Positions 31,300 through 39,965 of a DNA stretch of 64,000 nt are shown here, one piece after another; within the stretch, counting starts at the first letter, position 1, and every line of letters begins with the position of its first letter. The notes under the pieces are model-generated. The model had not been told where the DNA came from. It did not search any database and was given only the letters and a program-made list of their open reading frames with translations. A program made the translations under genes and the position numbers. The stretch is from Thermodesulfobacteriota bacterium (GTDB taxonomy: Bacteria; Desulfobacterota_D; UBA1144; Nemesobacterales; UBA2774): positions 448,001-512,000 of the forward strand of contig OZ244197.1 in NCBI GenBank assembly GCA_965216785.1, read 5' to 3'.

Positions 31300-31851
31300 C
31301 TACTTACTAATTAATACCGGATATCCGTACGTATACACCCAATCTGTCTGCTTTGCGGGAATGTGGCAGCCAAGACAGTCCTTTTTATAGCCGGTGGATA
31401 CGTCCTTTGAAGGGTTATCAGCTAAAAACTGTGCCCAGCCCCAGCCGTCCCCCCATTTAGGGTTGTCTTTAAACCTTCCCTTCCCGTCTTTAACCATCAC
31501 GAACCACAGCACAGGATCTTTGCCGTGCAGTACCCCTTTACCGGTTGTCATATCCTGAGAGCCTTCGGAAAGCACTTCCTTAATAAGCACGGCGCCGTCA
31601 GGGAATTTTCCTCCATTGGCTTTGTACTTTTCGGCTACTCCCGGTTCAACATATACATTGTGCATCCCGCTCTCACTGTCCTCAGGGTGTACCCACGAGC
31701 CTAAGTACGTCCATTTCTCTCTGAAATCCGTCGGACGGGTTATATTGCCCTCCGAGTCAACGTATGGAGAGAAAGAGTCCCCTTCCTCGGCATGTGAAGA
31801 AATCGCGAGACCTAATGCGGCGATTATCAGAAATAATATTGTACGTTTCAT
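31300..31851 (-). CDS. Cytochrome P460 / c'-beta family periplasmic cytochrome c
   Basis: Signal peptide, MHNVY, FPDGAVLIKE, MVKD, GWGWAQF and a C-terminal CLGCH followed by YPVL. Confidence 0.88.
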   Translation of the reverse strand: MKRTILFLIIAALGLAISSHAEEGDSFSPYVDSEGNITRPTDFREKWTYLGSWVHPEDSESGMHNVYVEPGVAEKYKANGGKFPDGAVLIKEVLSEGSQDMTTGKGVLHGKDPVLWFVMVKDGKGRFKDNPKWGDGWGWAQFLADNPSKDVSTGYKKDCLGCHIPAKQTDWVYTYGYPVLISK

Positions 31852-31974
31852 GTGAGGCCTCCTTATGTGTTCGGTTAAGCCTTAACAGGCTTTTTCCTTA
31901 TGTTTATTTTATAGCCGAAAAGGATTCAAGAACTGGAATAAAGTAGAGAAAACTGCTAACTTTAGTACTTAGTT

Positions 31975-32688
31975 ATGGGTAAAGCAGCGCTGGTTACTGG
32001 TGGCGGAAAGAGACTTGGGAGAGCTATTTGTCTGGCTTTAGCCGAGCGGGGCTATGATATTGGTGTGCATTATAATAGCTCTCAGACTGAAGCTGAAGAT
32101 ACTGCGGAGGCTGTAGAAGATCTTGGAGTAAACTCTGAGACATTTAAGCATGATCTCTCAAATTCGAGTAGTTCCGGAAAATTTATAAAAGGTGTGGCCA
32201 AGGTCTTTCCAAACCTGTGCCTTCTCGTCAACAGCGCTTCATTATTTGAGAACGTGAAATTTAAAGACGTAACGGAAGAGCAGTTCGATAGAGATTTTAA
32301 TATAAATTTTAAGTCGCCCTTTTTCCTGTCCCGCTATTTTAGTGAAGAGCCTTCGGCTGAGCACATAGTTAACCTGCTCGACATGAGAGTCTCTCAAATC
32401 GAAACCGAGCACTTTGTATATAATCTTTCGAAAAAAACTCTCCGCGATTTTACCCTTATGGCGGCCAAAGCGCTCGGTCCTAAGATACGGGTAAACGGAA
32501 TCTGCCCGGGCCCCATACTTCCGCCGCCCGGCATGGACGAAAGATACCTCGAGAAAGTATCGATGGATACGCCTCTTAAGGCTCCGGGGAAACCGGAATA
32601 TATAATCACGGCATTAAACTATCTTCTGGACAACCCATATGTTACGGGAGAGTGTCTTTTTGTTGACGGCGGACAGCATCTAACTTAA
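31975..32688 (+). CDS. Pteridine reductase-like SDR (FolM/PTR1 type)
   Basis: TGGGKRLG, HYN, NSAS and YNLSK; upstream of folB and folK. Confidence 0.85.
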   Translation: MGKAALVTGGGKRLGRAICLALAERGYDIGVHYNSSQTEAEDTAEAVEDLGVNSETFKHDLSNSSSSGKFIKGVAKVFPNLCLLVNSASLFENVKFKDVTEEQFDRDFNINFKSPFFLSRYFSEEPSAEHIVNLLDMRVSQIETEHFVYNLSKKTLRDFTLMAAKALGPKIRVNGICPGPILPPPGMDERYLEKVSMDTPLKAPGKPEYIITALNYLLDNPYVTGECLFVDGGQHLT

Positions 32689-32701
32689 GGAAGAGTGAGA
32701 T

Positions 32702-33049
32702 ATGATAATAAATATAGAGAACTTGAGGCTGAGGACTACGGTAGGCATCTATGAGTGGGAGCAAAAGGTCAAGCAGGACATAGTAATTAATATAGAAATA
32801 GAGTTTGACGGCACCCGGGCTATTGCAGAAGACGCCATCGAGCACACAGTAGATTATAAAACCGTAACCAAGAAAATTATCGCTATGGTCGAGGACACGA
32901 AGTACAATCTGATAGAAAGGATCTCGGGCGATGTGGTGAGGCTAATTATGGAGGACGAGAAAGTGCTGAGGGCAAGCGTAAAAGTAGATAAGCCCGGAGC
33001 GCTCCGTTTCACAGATTCCGTATCGGTAACAAGTACCGAGACAAGATAA
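32702..33049 (+). CDS. folB: Dihydroneopterin aldolase (FolB/FolX family)
   Basis: GIYEWE, VDYK, LIE and DKPGAL. Confidence 0.85.
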   Translation: MIINIENLRLRTTVGIYEWEQKVKQDIVINIEIEFDGTRAIAEDAIEHTVDYKTVTKKIIAMVEDTKYNLIERISGDVVRLIMEDEKVLRASVKVDKPGALRFTDSVSVTSTETR

Positions 33050-33067
33050 TTTAAGTCATCAAATATT

Positions 33068-33460
33068 ATGAAACACAATAGAGTTGTGATAGGTGTAGGT
33101 TCTAATATAAAACCTGAAAAAAATATAGCCCTTGCAAAGGCGGAGATTGAATCCGCGCACGAGCTTTTGAAAGCTTCTTCGTTTGTAAAGACCGAACCCC
33201 TGGGATTTAAGAACCAGGACAAATTCACAAACGGGGCGTTTCTAATTCGTACAGAAATGGATCTGGACGAGCTCAAGTCATGGTTAAATAATCTTGAGAG
33301 CAAACTGGGAAGGGTAAAGACCGAAAACAAAAACGGTCCCAGAACAATCGATCTCGACATTCTCGTATGGAACGGAGAAATAGTGGACGGAGATGTAGCT
33401 GAGCGTAAGTTTTTAAGAGAATCAATTGACGAGCTCATGCCTGACCTAGAGATCAAATAG
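33068..33460 (+). CDS. folK: 2-amino-4-hydroxy-6-hydroxymethyldihydropteridine diphosphokinase
   Basis: IGVGSNI, FTNGA, ESKLGR and GPRTIDLDIL. Confidence 0.93.
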   Translation: MKHNRVVIGVGSNIKPEKNIALAKAEIESAHELLKASSFVKTEPLGFKNQDKFTNGAFLIRTEMDLDELKSWLNNLESKLGRVKTENKNGPRTIDLDILVWNGEIVDGDVAERKFLRESIDELMPDLEIK

Positions 33461-33580
33461 GAATAAGGAAGAAACACAAACCCCTAAAATATAATACTCT
33501 GGCATAACCTTTATATATCTATTAATATCTAAATCAGGGGATAGTTTAAAATACTTTCTTACAAATGCGGGAGGTATTGC

Positions 33581-34213
33581 ATGAATACTAACTATCTGGC
33601 GGTTTTACTGGGCATTTTCTTTATATTTTCAGCGGCATACTCTGACGCCCAAGAAGAAAAAGAGCGTATCGTTAGGGGCAATATCGTTTGTGTTGAATTA
33701 GATGAAACCGGCGGGGCCAGCGTGTCAGAAGATTTCACACAGTGCGAGGGAGTGGTCTATATGCTGGGAGTTGACGGTAAGATATCCTCTATCCACGGCT
33801 CTGAGCAAGAGATGAAGAAATTGAGCGCCAGCTCAAAAACCAGAATGGGCTACCGTCTTCCGCTAAGGCTAAAGGGCACGGACGCCGGACACCAAAGGGC
33901 ATGGCGGCTCTACATGCAATCACTTGTGCCTCTGGACGAAGGAGACTCCGCGGAGGTAACAGTGACCGGCACCATTCACTGCCTGTTCCCAGATTACAAA
34001 GAAGGTAGTGTTACCCCTGAAATCGCTACAGCGCCATGTAATGAATATGAAAACCACGCGCATGTGATCTATACAGACGAGGGACAAACCTATGCATTAC
34101 ACGGTCCGCATGAGAAAATTACCGCTATTGAAATGACTTCTAACAGAGAAAACGTGACTCTCACAGGAAACCTACAGGGTAATAGCAGCGGCTGGATACT
34201 GTACATTAATTAG
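33581..34213 (+). CDS. Hypothetical secreted protein with an internal two-domain repeat
   Basis: GGAGG RBS, signal peptide and two similar halves of about 85 aa, each with two Cys. Confidence 0.7.
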   Translation: MNTNYLAVLLGIFFIFSAAYSDAQEEKERIVRGNIVCVELDETGGASVSEDFTQCEGVVYMLGVDGKISSIHGSEQEMKKLSASSKTRMGYRLPLRLKGTDAGHQRAWRLYMQSLVPLDEGDSAEVTVTGTIHCLFPDYKEGSVTPEIATAPCNEYENHAHVIYTDEGQTYALHGPHEKITAIEMTSNRENVTLTGNLQGNSSGWILYIN

Positions 34214-34234
34214 AGTCTAATCCTGACTTGATGA

Positions 34235-34837
34235 TTAAAAGTAAACACAGTAGTGAAGGAGCCGTCCTTCAAATATATTCTCCTGAACCTCATACTCTCT
34301 CCCTATTGTCTCAAGCTCATCGAAATCAAAATTCTTTGGCAGCCTCATAACTATAGAGCCCGAGACTTTAAATGCCAGATGTAGAAGCGTTGTTCCGTCG
34401 GGCTCAAAATCCGAGAGATTAAACTTACTCTTCTCATTGTAGTCTGTCCCTCCCCACGGGGGGTCAAGAAATACGGTATCGGGTTTAAGAGTAGGAAGTA
34501 TGTCGGTAGTATCGCCGAGCCGAAAATCAATAGCGCCGCCAACACCGAATAGAGAAGCGTTTCTTTCTGCCATACCCAGTCTCTTTATATCACTATCTAT
34601 GGCGATTACTTTCTTGCCCGCTCTGGCAAACCCTATTGCCATTCCTCCAACGCCGCAAAAAGCATCTACTACCAAATCGCCGGGCGTCTTCTCTGCTATA
34701 TCGAGAGCTATAGGCTCAAGCGCAAGCGAGAAAAGCCCCTCCTCGTCAAACTCCATTCTCTTTTCCACATCGCTCAACCGGTCCCAGTAGTGCTGGAAAT
34801 GAGAACCAAACGGGCAAATATCAATGCTCTTAGTCAT
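34235..34837 (-). CDS. SAM-dependent methyltransferase resembling trimethylguanosine synthase Tgs1 (RNA cap guanine-N2 MTase)
   Basis: DEEGLFS, VVDAFCGVGG, VIAID, VFLDPPWGGTDY and RLPKN. ATG 34837 overlaps the upstream TGA (ATGA). Confidence 0.78.
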   Translation of the reverse strand: MTKSIDICPFGSHFQHYWDRLSDVEKRMEFDEEGLFSLALEPIALDIAEKTPGDLVVDAFCGVGGMAIGFARAGKKVIAIDSDIKRLGMAERNASLFGVGGAIDFRLGDTTDILPTLKPDTVFLDPPWGGTDYNEKSKFNLSDFEPDGTTLLHLAFKVSGSIVMRLPKNFDFDELETIGREYEVQENIFEGRLLHYCVYF

Positions 34838-35916
34838 TGTTGAGACCCAAACCACCCGGATAAAACGCCTTCCGCTTTCTTACCGTAAGGTGTGAAACCC
34901 AGGGGGATATTTCCTCGCTCATAACTGTTCATATCCGTAAAATATTTCCAAACGAAAACGCCCGCAAGATATGGCTTATCCCTAAAGACGAGCGAGGTCG
35001 CCTCATAAGCTAGCGCCTGCTCTTCCTGGCTCGCCTTCCCGTCTTTACTCCACTCCCAGGGCTTAATCGTAGTACCCTCTACAGACTTATAGCCTATCTC
35101 AGTAAAAATCACTTTTTTATTGAATTTCTGTGATAACTCTCTGATTTCGGGCTCGTATTTATTCCAGCCCGACACGAGCTCTTTAAGCGTCGGGTTATTT
35201 TTATCTGATAGCGGGAAGTACGCGTCTATTCCGATATAGTCTAGCAAGCCCCAGAACTCGATCTTCTTTGCGTTCATACCCTCGGCTGCGTAAGCGAGCT
35301 TGCCTGAGTATATACCTCTTACATCACTGATGAGCGCATTCCATTCTTTCGTGTATTTGCTCATACCTACAAGCTCTGTTCCGACAACGAGAATCTCCAC
35401 GCCTGTTTGTTCCGCCAGCGCCGCCTCTGATAGAATAAACTTTCCATAACTCGAGAACCACTCTTTCCTCTCTATTGGGTCTTCGAAGTCAATCTTATTT
35501 CTCCAGTTATCTAAATCAAGGTTATGTCCCCCGATCCATATGTGCGGCTTCAGCATTACCCTAAACCCGGCTTCCCGTAAATTCTCTATTTCCGCCCTCA
35601 TAAACTTTTCGGCCATTGTCGGATCGTGACCCATAATAACCTCCGTATCTTTCCTGCTCCTCATGTACGCAAATGTATTGAGCTGGACTGTGTCGTACCC
35701 CACGCTGCTCAGATGGGAGTGCATAGCTTTTGACGGCATCGAGCCGTAACCGTTTCCTATCTTGTGTATATGGGCGAGCACAGCTCCTTTGTATTCGAGC
35801 GCTCCGCTTTGGGAAGGTTCGGGCTGCTTTTCTAGCTTATTTGTTAAAGCTGTTGCCGCCAAAATAAAAACAGAAGAGACCAGGATCAGGAGTGCAATCT
35901 TTAAATGACTTTTCAT
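34834..35916 (-). CDS. Glycoside hydrolase family 113-like secreted protein
   Basis: N-terminal signal/anchor, VMLKPHI, VGTEL (acid/base), IGIDAYFPL and FTEIGY (nucleophile). Confidence 0.82.
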   Translation of the reverse strand: MKSHLKIALLILVSSVFILAATALTNKLEKQPEPSQSGALEYKGAVLAHIHKIGNGYGSMPSKAMHSHLSSVGYDTVQLNTFAYMRSRKDTEVIMGHDPTMAEKFMRAEIENLREAGFRVMLKPHIWIGGHNLDLDNWRNKIDFEDPIERKEWFSSYGKFILSEAALAEQTGVEILVVGTELVGMSKYTKEWNALISDVRGIYSGKLAYAAEGMNAKKIEFWGLLDYIGIDAYFPLSDKNNPTLKELVSGWNKYEPEIRELSQKFNKKVIFTEIGYKSVEGTTIKPWEWSKDGKASQEEQALAYEATSLVFRDKPYLAGVFVWKYFTDMNSYERGNIPLGFTPYGKKAEGVLSGWFGSQQ

Positions 35917-35931
35917 TTGTGTTCCCTATAA

Positions 35932-36735
35932 TTAGCTGCGAGTCAGCGCCTTTTGACTCTTAAGGTTACCCAGGAATTTATTCATTTGATCGTAGTGTGA
36001 TCCTTTCCAATACACTTTGCCACAAACTAGGCACTGATAGAATTCATCAAAATATCTTTTTGTTTTTGGCTCCAAATAGCTCAAGATATCGTTTTTCTCT
36101 ACAGGCTTTATCGAACCGTTACACTCAAGGCATCTATTAAAAGGCTTTATGTCTGAGGATAGCTCAAACCTCCTGAGTACTTCTATAATCTGCTCATTAC
36201 GGCGTGTAGACCGCACCCAATATCCGTGGGTGATGATTCTCTGTCTTAGCAAACGGCGGTCGCGGGTGAGCACTATCCTGCTTTCACTGTTTGCTAACAG
36301 AGCTATGTCACGGTCTGTATACTGGTTACTGTAAACCGCATCAAAACCGCACATACGAAGAAGCTTTGCCAGCTTCCCCAGATTTACATCAACGATAAAT
36401 AAGGGCTCGGGTTTCTCCCTAAGATTCACTTTAGGTGAAAGAATTATGGTATTAAAGGCGGGATAAACCGAGGCTTGATCCCCATTCACTAAGTGATAAT
36501 TAAAACCGACTGAGCTCCCGTTTACGATAATTAAATCCACTTCCGTGTGGGGCACGCCAATGGCTTCTATGGAATCTTTAACGGAAGGTTTACCTTCAAA
36601 CTCGTACTGAATCGATTGGTTTTTGGATTGGACGGGCAGAAAATCGTTAAGGTCATCATGGAACTGAAAGAAAGCTTTATATTGAGACCCCTTATTTAGC
36701 TTTGGTGATTGCTGAGTACTCTCTGAAGACATCAC
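35932..36735 (-). CDS. Ubiquitin-like + Mut7-C RNase domain protein
   Basis: SVKDSIEAIGVPHTEVDLI (Ub-Mut7C), DVNLGKLAKLLRMCGFD, LTRDR and the Zn ribbon CLECN...CLVCGKVYWKGSH. Confidence 0.92.
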   Translation of the reverse strand: MMSSESTQQSPKLNKGSQYKAFFQFHDDLNDFLPVQSKNQSIQYEFEGKPSVKDSIEAIGVPHTEVDLIIVNGSSVGFNYHLVNGDQASVYPAFNTIILSPKVNLREKPEPLFIVDVNLGKLAKLLRMCGFDAVYSNQYTDRDIALLANSESRIVLTRDRRLLRQRIITHGYWVRSTRRNEQIIEVLRRFELSSDIKPFNRCLECNGSIKPVEKNDILSYLEPKTKRYFDEFYQCLVCGKVYWKGSHYDQMNKFLGNLKSQKALTRS

Positions 36736-36799
36736 ATATAAAATTACATGCTTGAGAATACGTTTTAAACAGATTTATATCTATAAGGGACTTGAGTAT

Positions 36800-38173
36800 C
36801 TAAGGTTCAGATCGGATTGAGGCGCCTCGTTTTCGGTCAAGATACAGCCACGCTACCAGAAGACTGAAGAAGGTAAAAACCCCGGTTGTTACGAATACAA
36901 CTCTGTAATCGTGAATCTCCTGAAGCAGGGCGCTCAATACGGCCAGTCCAATAGTTGCGCCGAAGATCTGGGCTGTAAGCACAATACCGCTTGCCTGACC
37001 CTGTTTTTCAGGCGAAACCGTATTCATCACGGCTACCAATGCGGGAGCGAACATCCAAGCGACAGAAAGCCCCCAGGCAATAAGTGTGGGAACGATGTAT
37101 AAATAACGGTCAGAATGCACTGTCAAACCCATCGAAACCATGGCTATTGCAGCCAGAAGCAGACCTGCGAGCACTGGATACCTGGGCCCGAACCTATCGG
37201 TTGCGCTACCGGCCAGCGCTGCCGTTAGCGGGATTGGCGCAATAGCGGGAAATAGAGCTAAACCCGCCTTGAGAGAGTCCATTTTCAGAATTTCCTGAAA
37301 ATATAGCGCGCCGAATACCATTACAGCTATTTTAGTAAACTGGCCGGTGAATATGACCAGGTTTGAGGAAGAAAAAGTTCCGTTTTTAAAGAGGTCGATC
37401 TCTATCAGGGGCTCACTTACTCTTAACTCGGCTGCGGTAAAAAACACAAGGAATACGGCTGAGGCAACAAATAACCCTATGATTACCGGGGAACTCCACC
37501 CCCAGTCAGGGCCCTGCATTATCGCCAGAACGAGTGAGCTTAAACCGATAATGAGCGATACGAGTCCGGGAAAATCAATGTGGGGTCTGGGAACTTCGAA
37601 TGTCGGCTCGCGCCACGCGGCTAAAAATCCACCCACGATTAAGATTATGACCGGAATGTTGATCCAGAATATCCACCGCCATGATATCTCATCGCTGAGA
37701 TACCCTCCTACGAGCGGCCCGAGCGCGCTGCAAGTAGATCCGATCGCACCGTATATACCCATAGCCATACCCCTTTGCTCCGCCGGAAAAGTTAGGGCTA
37801 AAAGCGCCATGGAGGCAGGGAATATCACAGCTGCTCCAAGACCCTGAAAAGCTCTCGCCACCAGTATCCATGTGGAGGTTTGGGCAAAACCGGTAAGTAG
37901 AGAGAATAGACCGAATACCAGGACTCCCGTTACAAATAGCCTCTTATAACCGACAATATCCCCGAGCTTGCCTCCTACAGCGATAAACCCGGCTATCACT
38001 AGGAGATAGGAGTTTATTACCCAGTGTGACAGCACAATCGTCATCGAGAGGTCACGCTGTATGGTAGGCAGGGCCACGGCCACAACGGTCTCGTCGAGCA
38101 TTATCAACCCGAAAGCCAAGCTTGCGGACACGAGTACAATCCATTTCCGGTTCTGATCGTTTATTAGTGCCAT
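36800..38173 (-). CDS. MFS efflux transporter, DHA2 (EmrB/QacA) type
   Basis: LDETVVAVALP, GKLGD, ARAFQGLG, GPLVGG and WRWIFWINIP. Confidence 0.9.
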   Translation of the reverse strand: MALINDQNRKWIVLVSASLAFGLIMLDETVVAVALPTIQRDLSMTIVLSHWVINSYLLVIAGFIAVGGKLGDIVGYKRLFVTGVLVFGLFSLLTGFAQTSTWILVARAFQGLGAAVIFPASMALLALTFPAEQRGMAMGIYGAIGSTCSALGPLVGGYLSDEISWRWIFWINIPVIILIVGGFLAAWREPTFEVPRPHIDFPGLVSLIIGLSSLVLAIMQGPDWGWSSPVIIGLFVASAVFLVFFTAAELRVSEPLIEIDLFKNGTFSSSNLVIFTGQFTKIAVMVFGALYFQEILKMDSLKAGLALFPAIAPIPLTAALAGSATDRFGPRYPVLAGLLLAAIAMVSMGLTVHSDRYLYIVPTLIAWGLSVAWMFAPALVAVMNTVSPEKQGQASGIVLTAQIFGATIGLAVLSALLQEIHDYRVVFVTTGVFTFFSLLVAWLYLDRKRGASIRSEP

Positions 38174-38195
38174 TACCGCCCGGCACTCAGTATAA

Positions 38196-39872
38196 CTATG
38201 ATGGCTGAAAATTAAAAATCGTAGATAGATATTCCTTAAGGTCAGATGCGCTTGCAGGCTGGTTACGGAACGCTATATAGCCGTCGGGGCGTATTAGATA
38301 CAAACTCGCCTTGGCCGCTCCGAAGTCCCTGTGCATTTCAAGGTCTCTATCCACCCAGGTAGAGGTAACTTCCGGCTGCCCAGAGGCAAGTTCATCTGAT
38401 GCTAGAATTAAATGCGGCTCTATCAGATTGCCATACTCCCCTGTAACATGGTCATAAATTGCGGTAATTTCCTTAATCTCCATATCCTCAGGCGCTTTTC
38501 CCGTAAAAATTAGAAGCTCATGCTCGGCTCCCTTAAAGAGCTTGTAGAGATCTATGATATCATGGCCGTCAGTGCTTAATAGCGTGTAATCCTTTACCCT
38601 CTCCCCAGCCTGTAAATCGTGCTCGTGAGGCATGTAACCGGGTGCATCTGTAGACTCAAACCACCTTTCCTCAACTATCGGGCTGTCTTTGTAATGATAA
38701 TCAATCTGTGTGAGTATATTAACAATTTTATGCTGAACCGGATCAATTTTAGATAAGACACCGATCATCTTGTTTCTTATCGCGCTCAGGACCGGGCTAT
38801 GAATTGTAGCCATCTTGGTGGTGGTGTCCGTGAGCTCCACTACTTCCTTTCCAATTTTATGTCTTTCAATGTTATAACTATCCAGAATTGTTTCGGGTGA
38901 TTTGCCTTGCAGCACGAGCGCAGTTTTCCAGGCCAGGTTATAGGCGTCCTGAATCCCGGTATTCATTCCCTGACCACCCATCGGGCTGTGTATGTGAGCT
39001 GCGTCACCCGCTAAAAACACTCGTCCCTCGCTGTAGCGGTCCACCATCCTGTGATGGAGCTTAAAGTAAGCAAGCCAATTTGGGTCCGTAACGCTGCTAA
39101 AATCAATCTCTCTTTCCTCTAGCAGCCTGTGTACGTCGTCAATAGTGGGAGGGGGCATATCTTCATCTATCGGAGCATTTTCAAGATCGAACATCAGCCT
39201 CCCTCTATCTGCTCTAAGCGGGAAGTAGGCCGAAACCCCCGTCGGGTGGATAAAAATCGAAAGGTGAAAAATCGGGTATTTCCAGTCAATATTGCAGTCG
39301 GCCAGGAGCCAGTAATTTGGGTACGGGGCTCCCTTGAAGTCAAAATTAAGTAAATGACGCGTAGTGCTGTGCGCGCCGTCACATCCGGCAAGATAGCGGC
39401 AGGTGAGGCTCTCTTCAATGCCGCCTTTTAACTTGATTGAGGCCGTTACGCTGTCCCCATGCTGCTGTAAACCCGAAAGCTCAATTTCCCGCTCGACCTC
39501 AACTCCGAGAGAATTCAGATGTTCGTTTAAAATCCTTTCAGTGTCACTCTGGGCCAACATTACTACGAACGGGTATTTACTTTCAAGACCCTCAAAGGAT
39601 ACGCTGGCTAGCGGCTCCCCACGGTTGTACATATCAAACGCGTTACAGGCGTTTCCTTGGGATAAAATCTCGTCCACAATACCCATATTATCAAATAGCT
39701 CGAGTGTGCGGGGGTGAATTCCAAACGCTCTTGATTTGTCTGCGGGCGCAGGTGCTTTATCTATAATCCTTGGAGTAACACCGCGGCGTAAAAGCTCACA
39801 TGCCAGAGTAAGTCCTGTGGGCCCTGCACCTACTATCAGTACATCCGTATCTATTCCGCTTGAATTGGCCAT
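38196..39872 (-). CDS. FAD-dependent aromatic monooxygenase (PheA/TfdB family)
   Basis: GAGPTGL, GCDGAHS, GDAAHIHSPMGGQGMNTGIQDAYNL and C-terminal LIRPDGY. Confidence 0.92.
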   Translation of the reverse strand: MANSSGIDTDVLIVGAGPTGLTLACELLRRGVTPRIIDKAPAPADKSRAFGIHPRTLELFDNMGIVDEILSQGNACNAFDMYNRGEPLASVSFEGLESKYPFVVMLAQSDTERILNEHLNSLGVEVEREIELSGLQQHGDSVTASIKLKGGIEESLTCRYLAGCDGAHSTTRHLLNFDFKGAPYPNYWLLADCNIDWKYPIFHLSIFIHPTGVSAYFPLRADRGRLMFDLENAPIDEDMPPPTIDDVHRLLEEREIDFSSVTDPNWLAYFKLHHRMVDRYSEGRVFLAGDAAHIHSPMGGQGMNTGIQDAYNLAWKTALVLQGKSPETILDSYNIERHKIGKEVVELTDTTTKMATIHSPVLSAIRNKMIGVLSKIDPVQHKIVNILTQIDYHYKDSPIVEERWFESTDAPGYMPHEHDLQAGERVKDYTLLSTDGHDIIDLYKLFKGAEHELLIFTGKAPEDMEIKEITAIYDHVTGEYGNLIEPHLILASDELASGQPEVTSTWVDRDLEMHRDFGAAKASLYLIRPDGYIAFRNQPASASDLKEYLSTIFNFQPS

Positions 39873-39965
39873 ATTATCCAGCTTCTCTTGTTAGTGTGGT
39901 GCCACTGCACACATAATCATAACCCCGAAGAGGGATTGCGATAGATAATTTTTTACAGATACACC

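Noticed and set aside
33499-33516. Sigma54-like CTGGCATAACCTTTATA upstream of the secreted protein
   Set aside because: The -24 element is good but the conserved -12 GC is missing.
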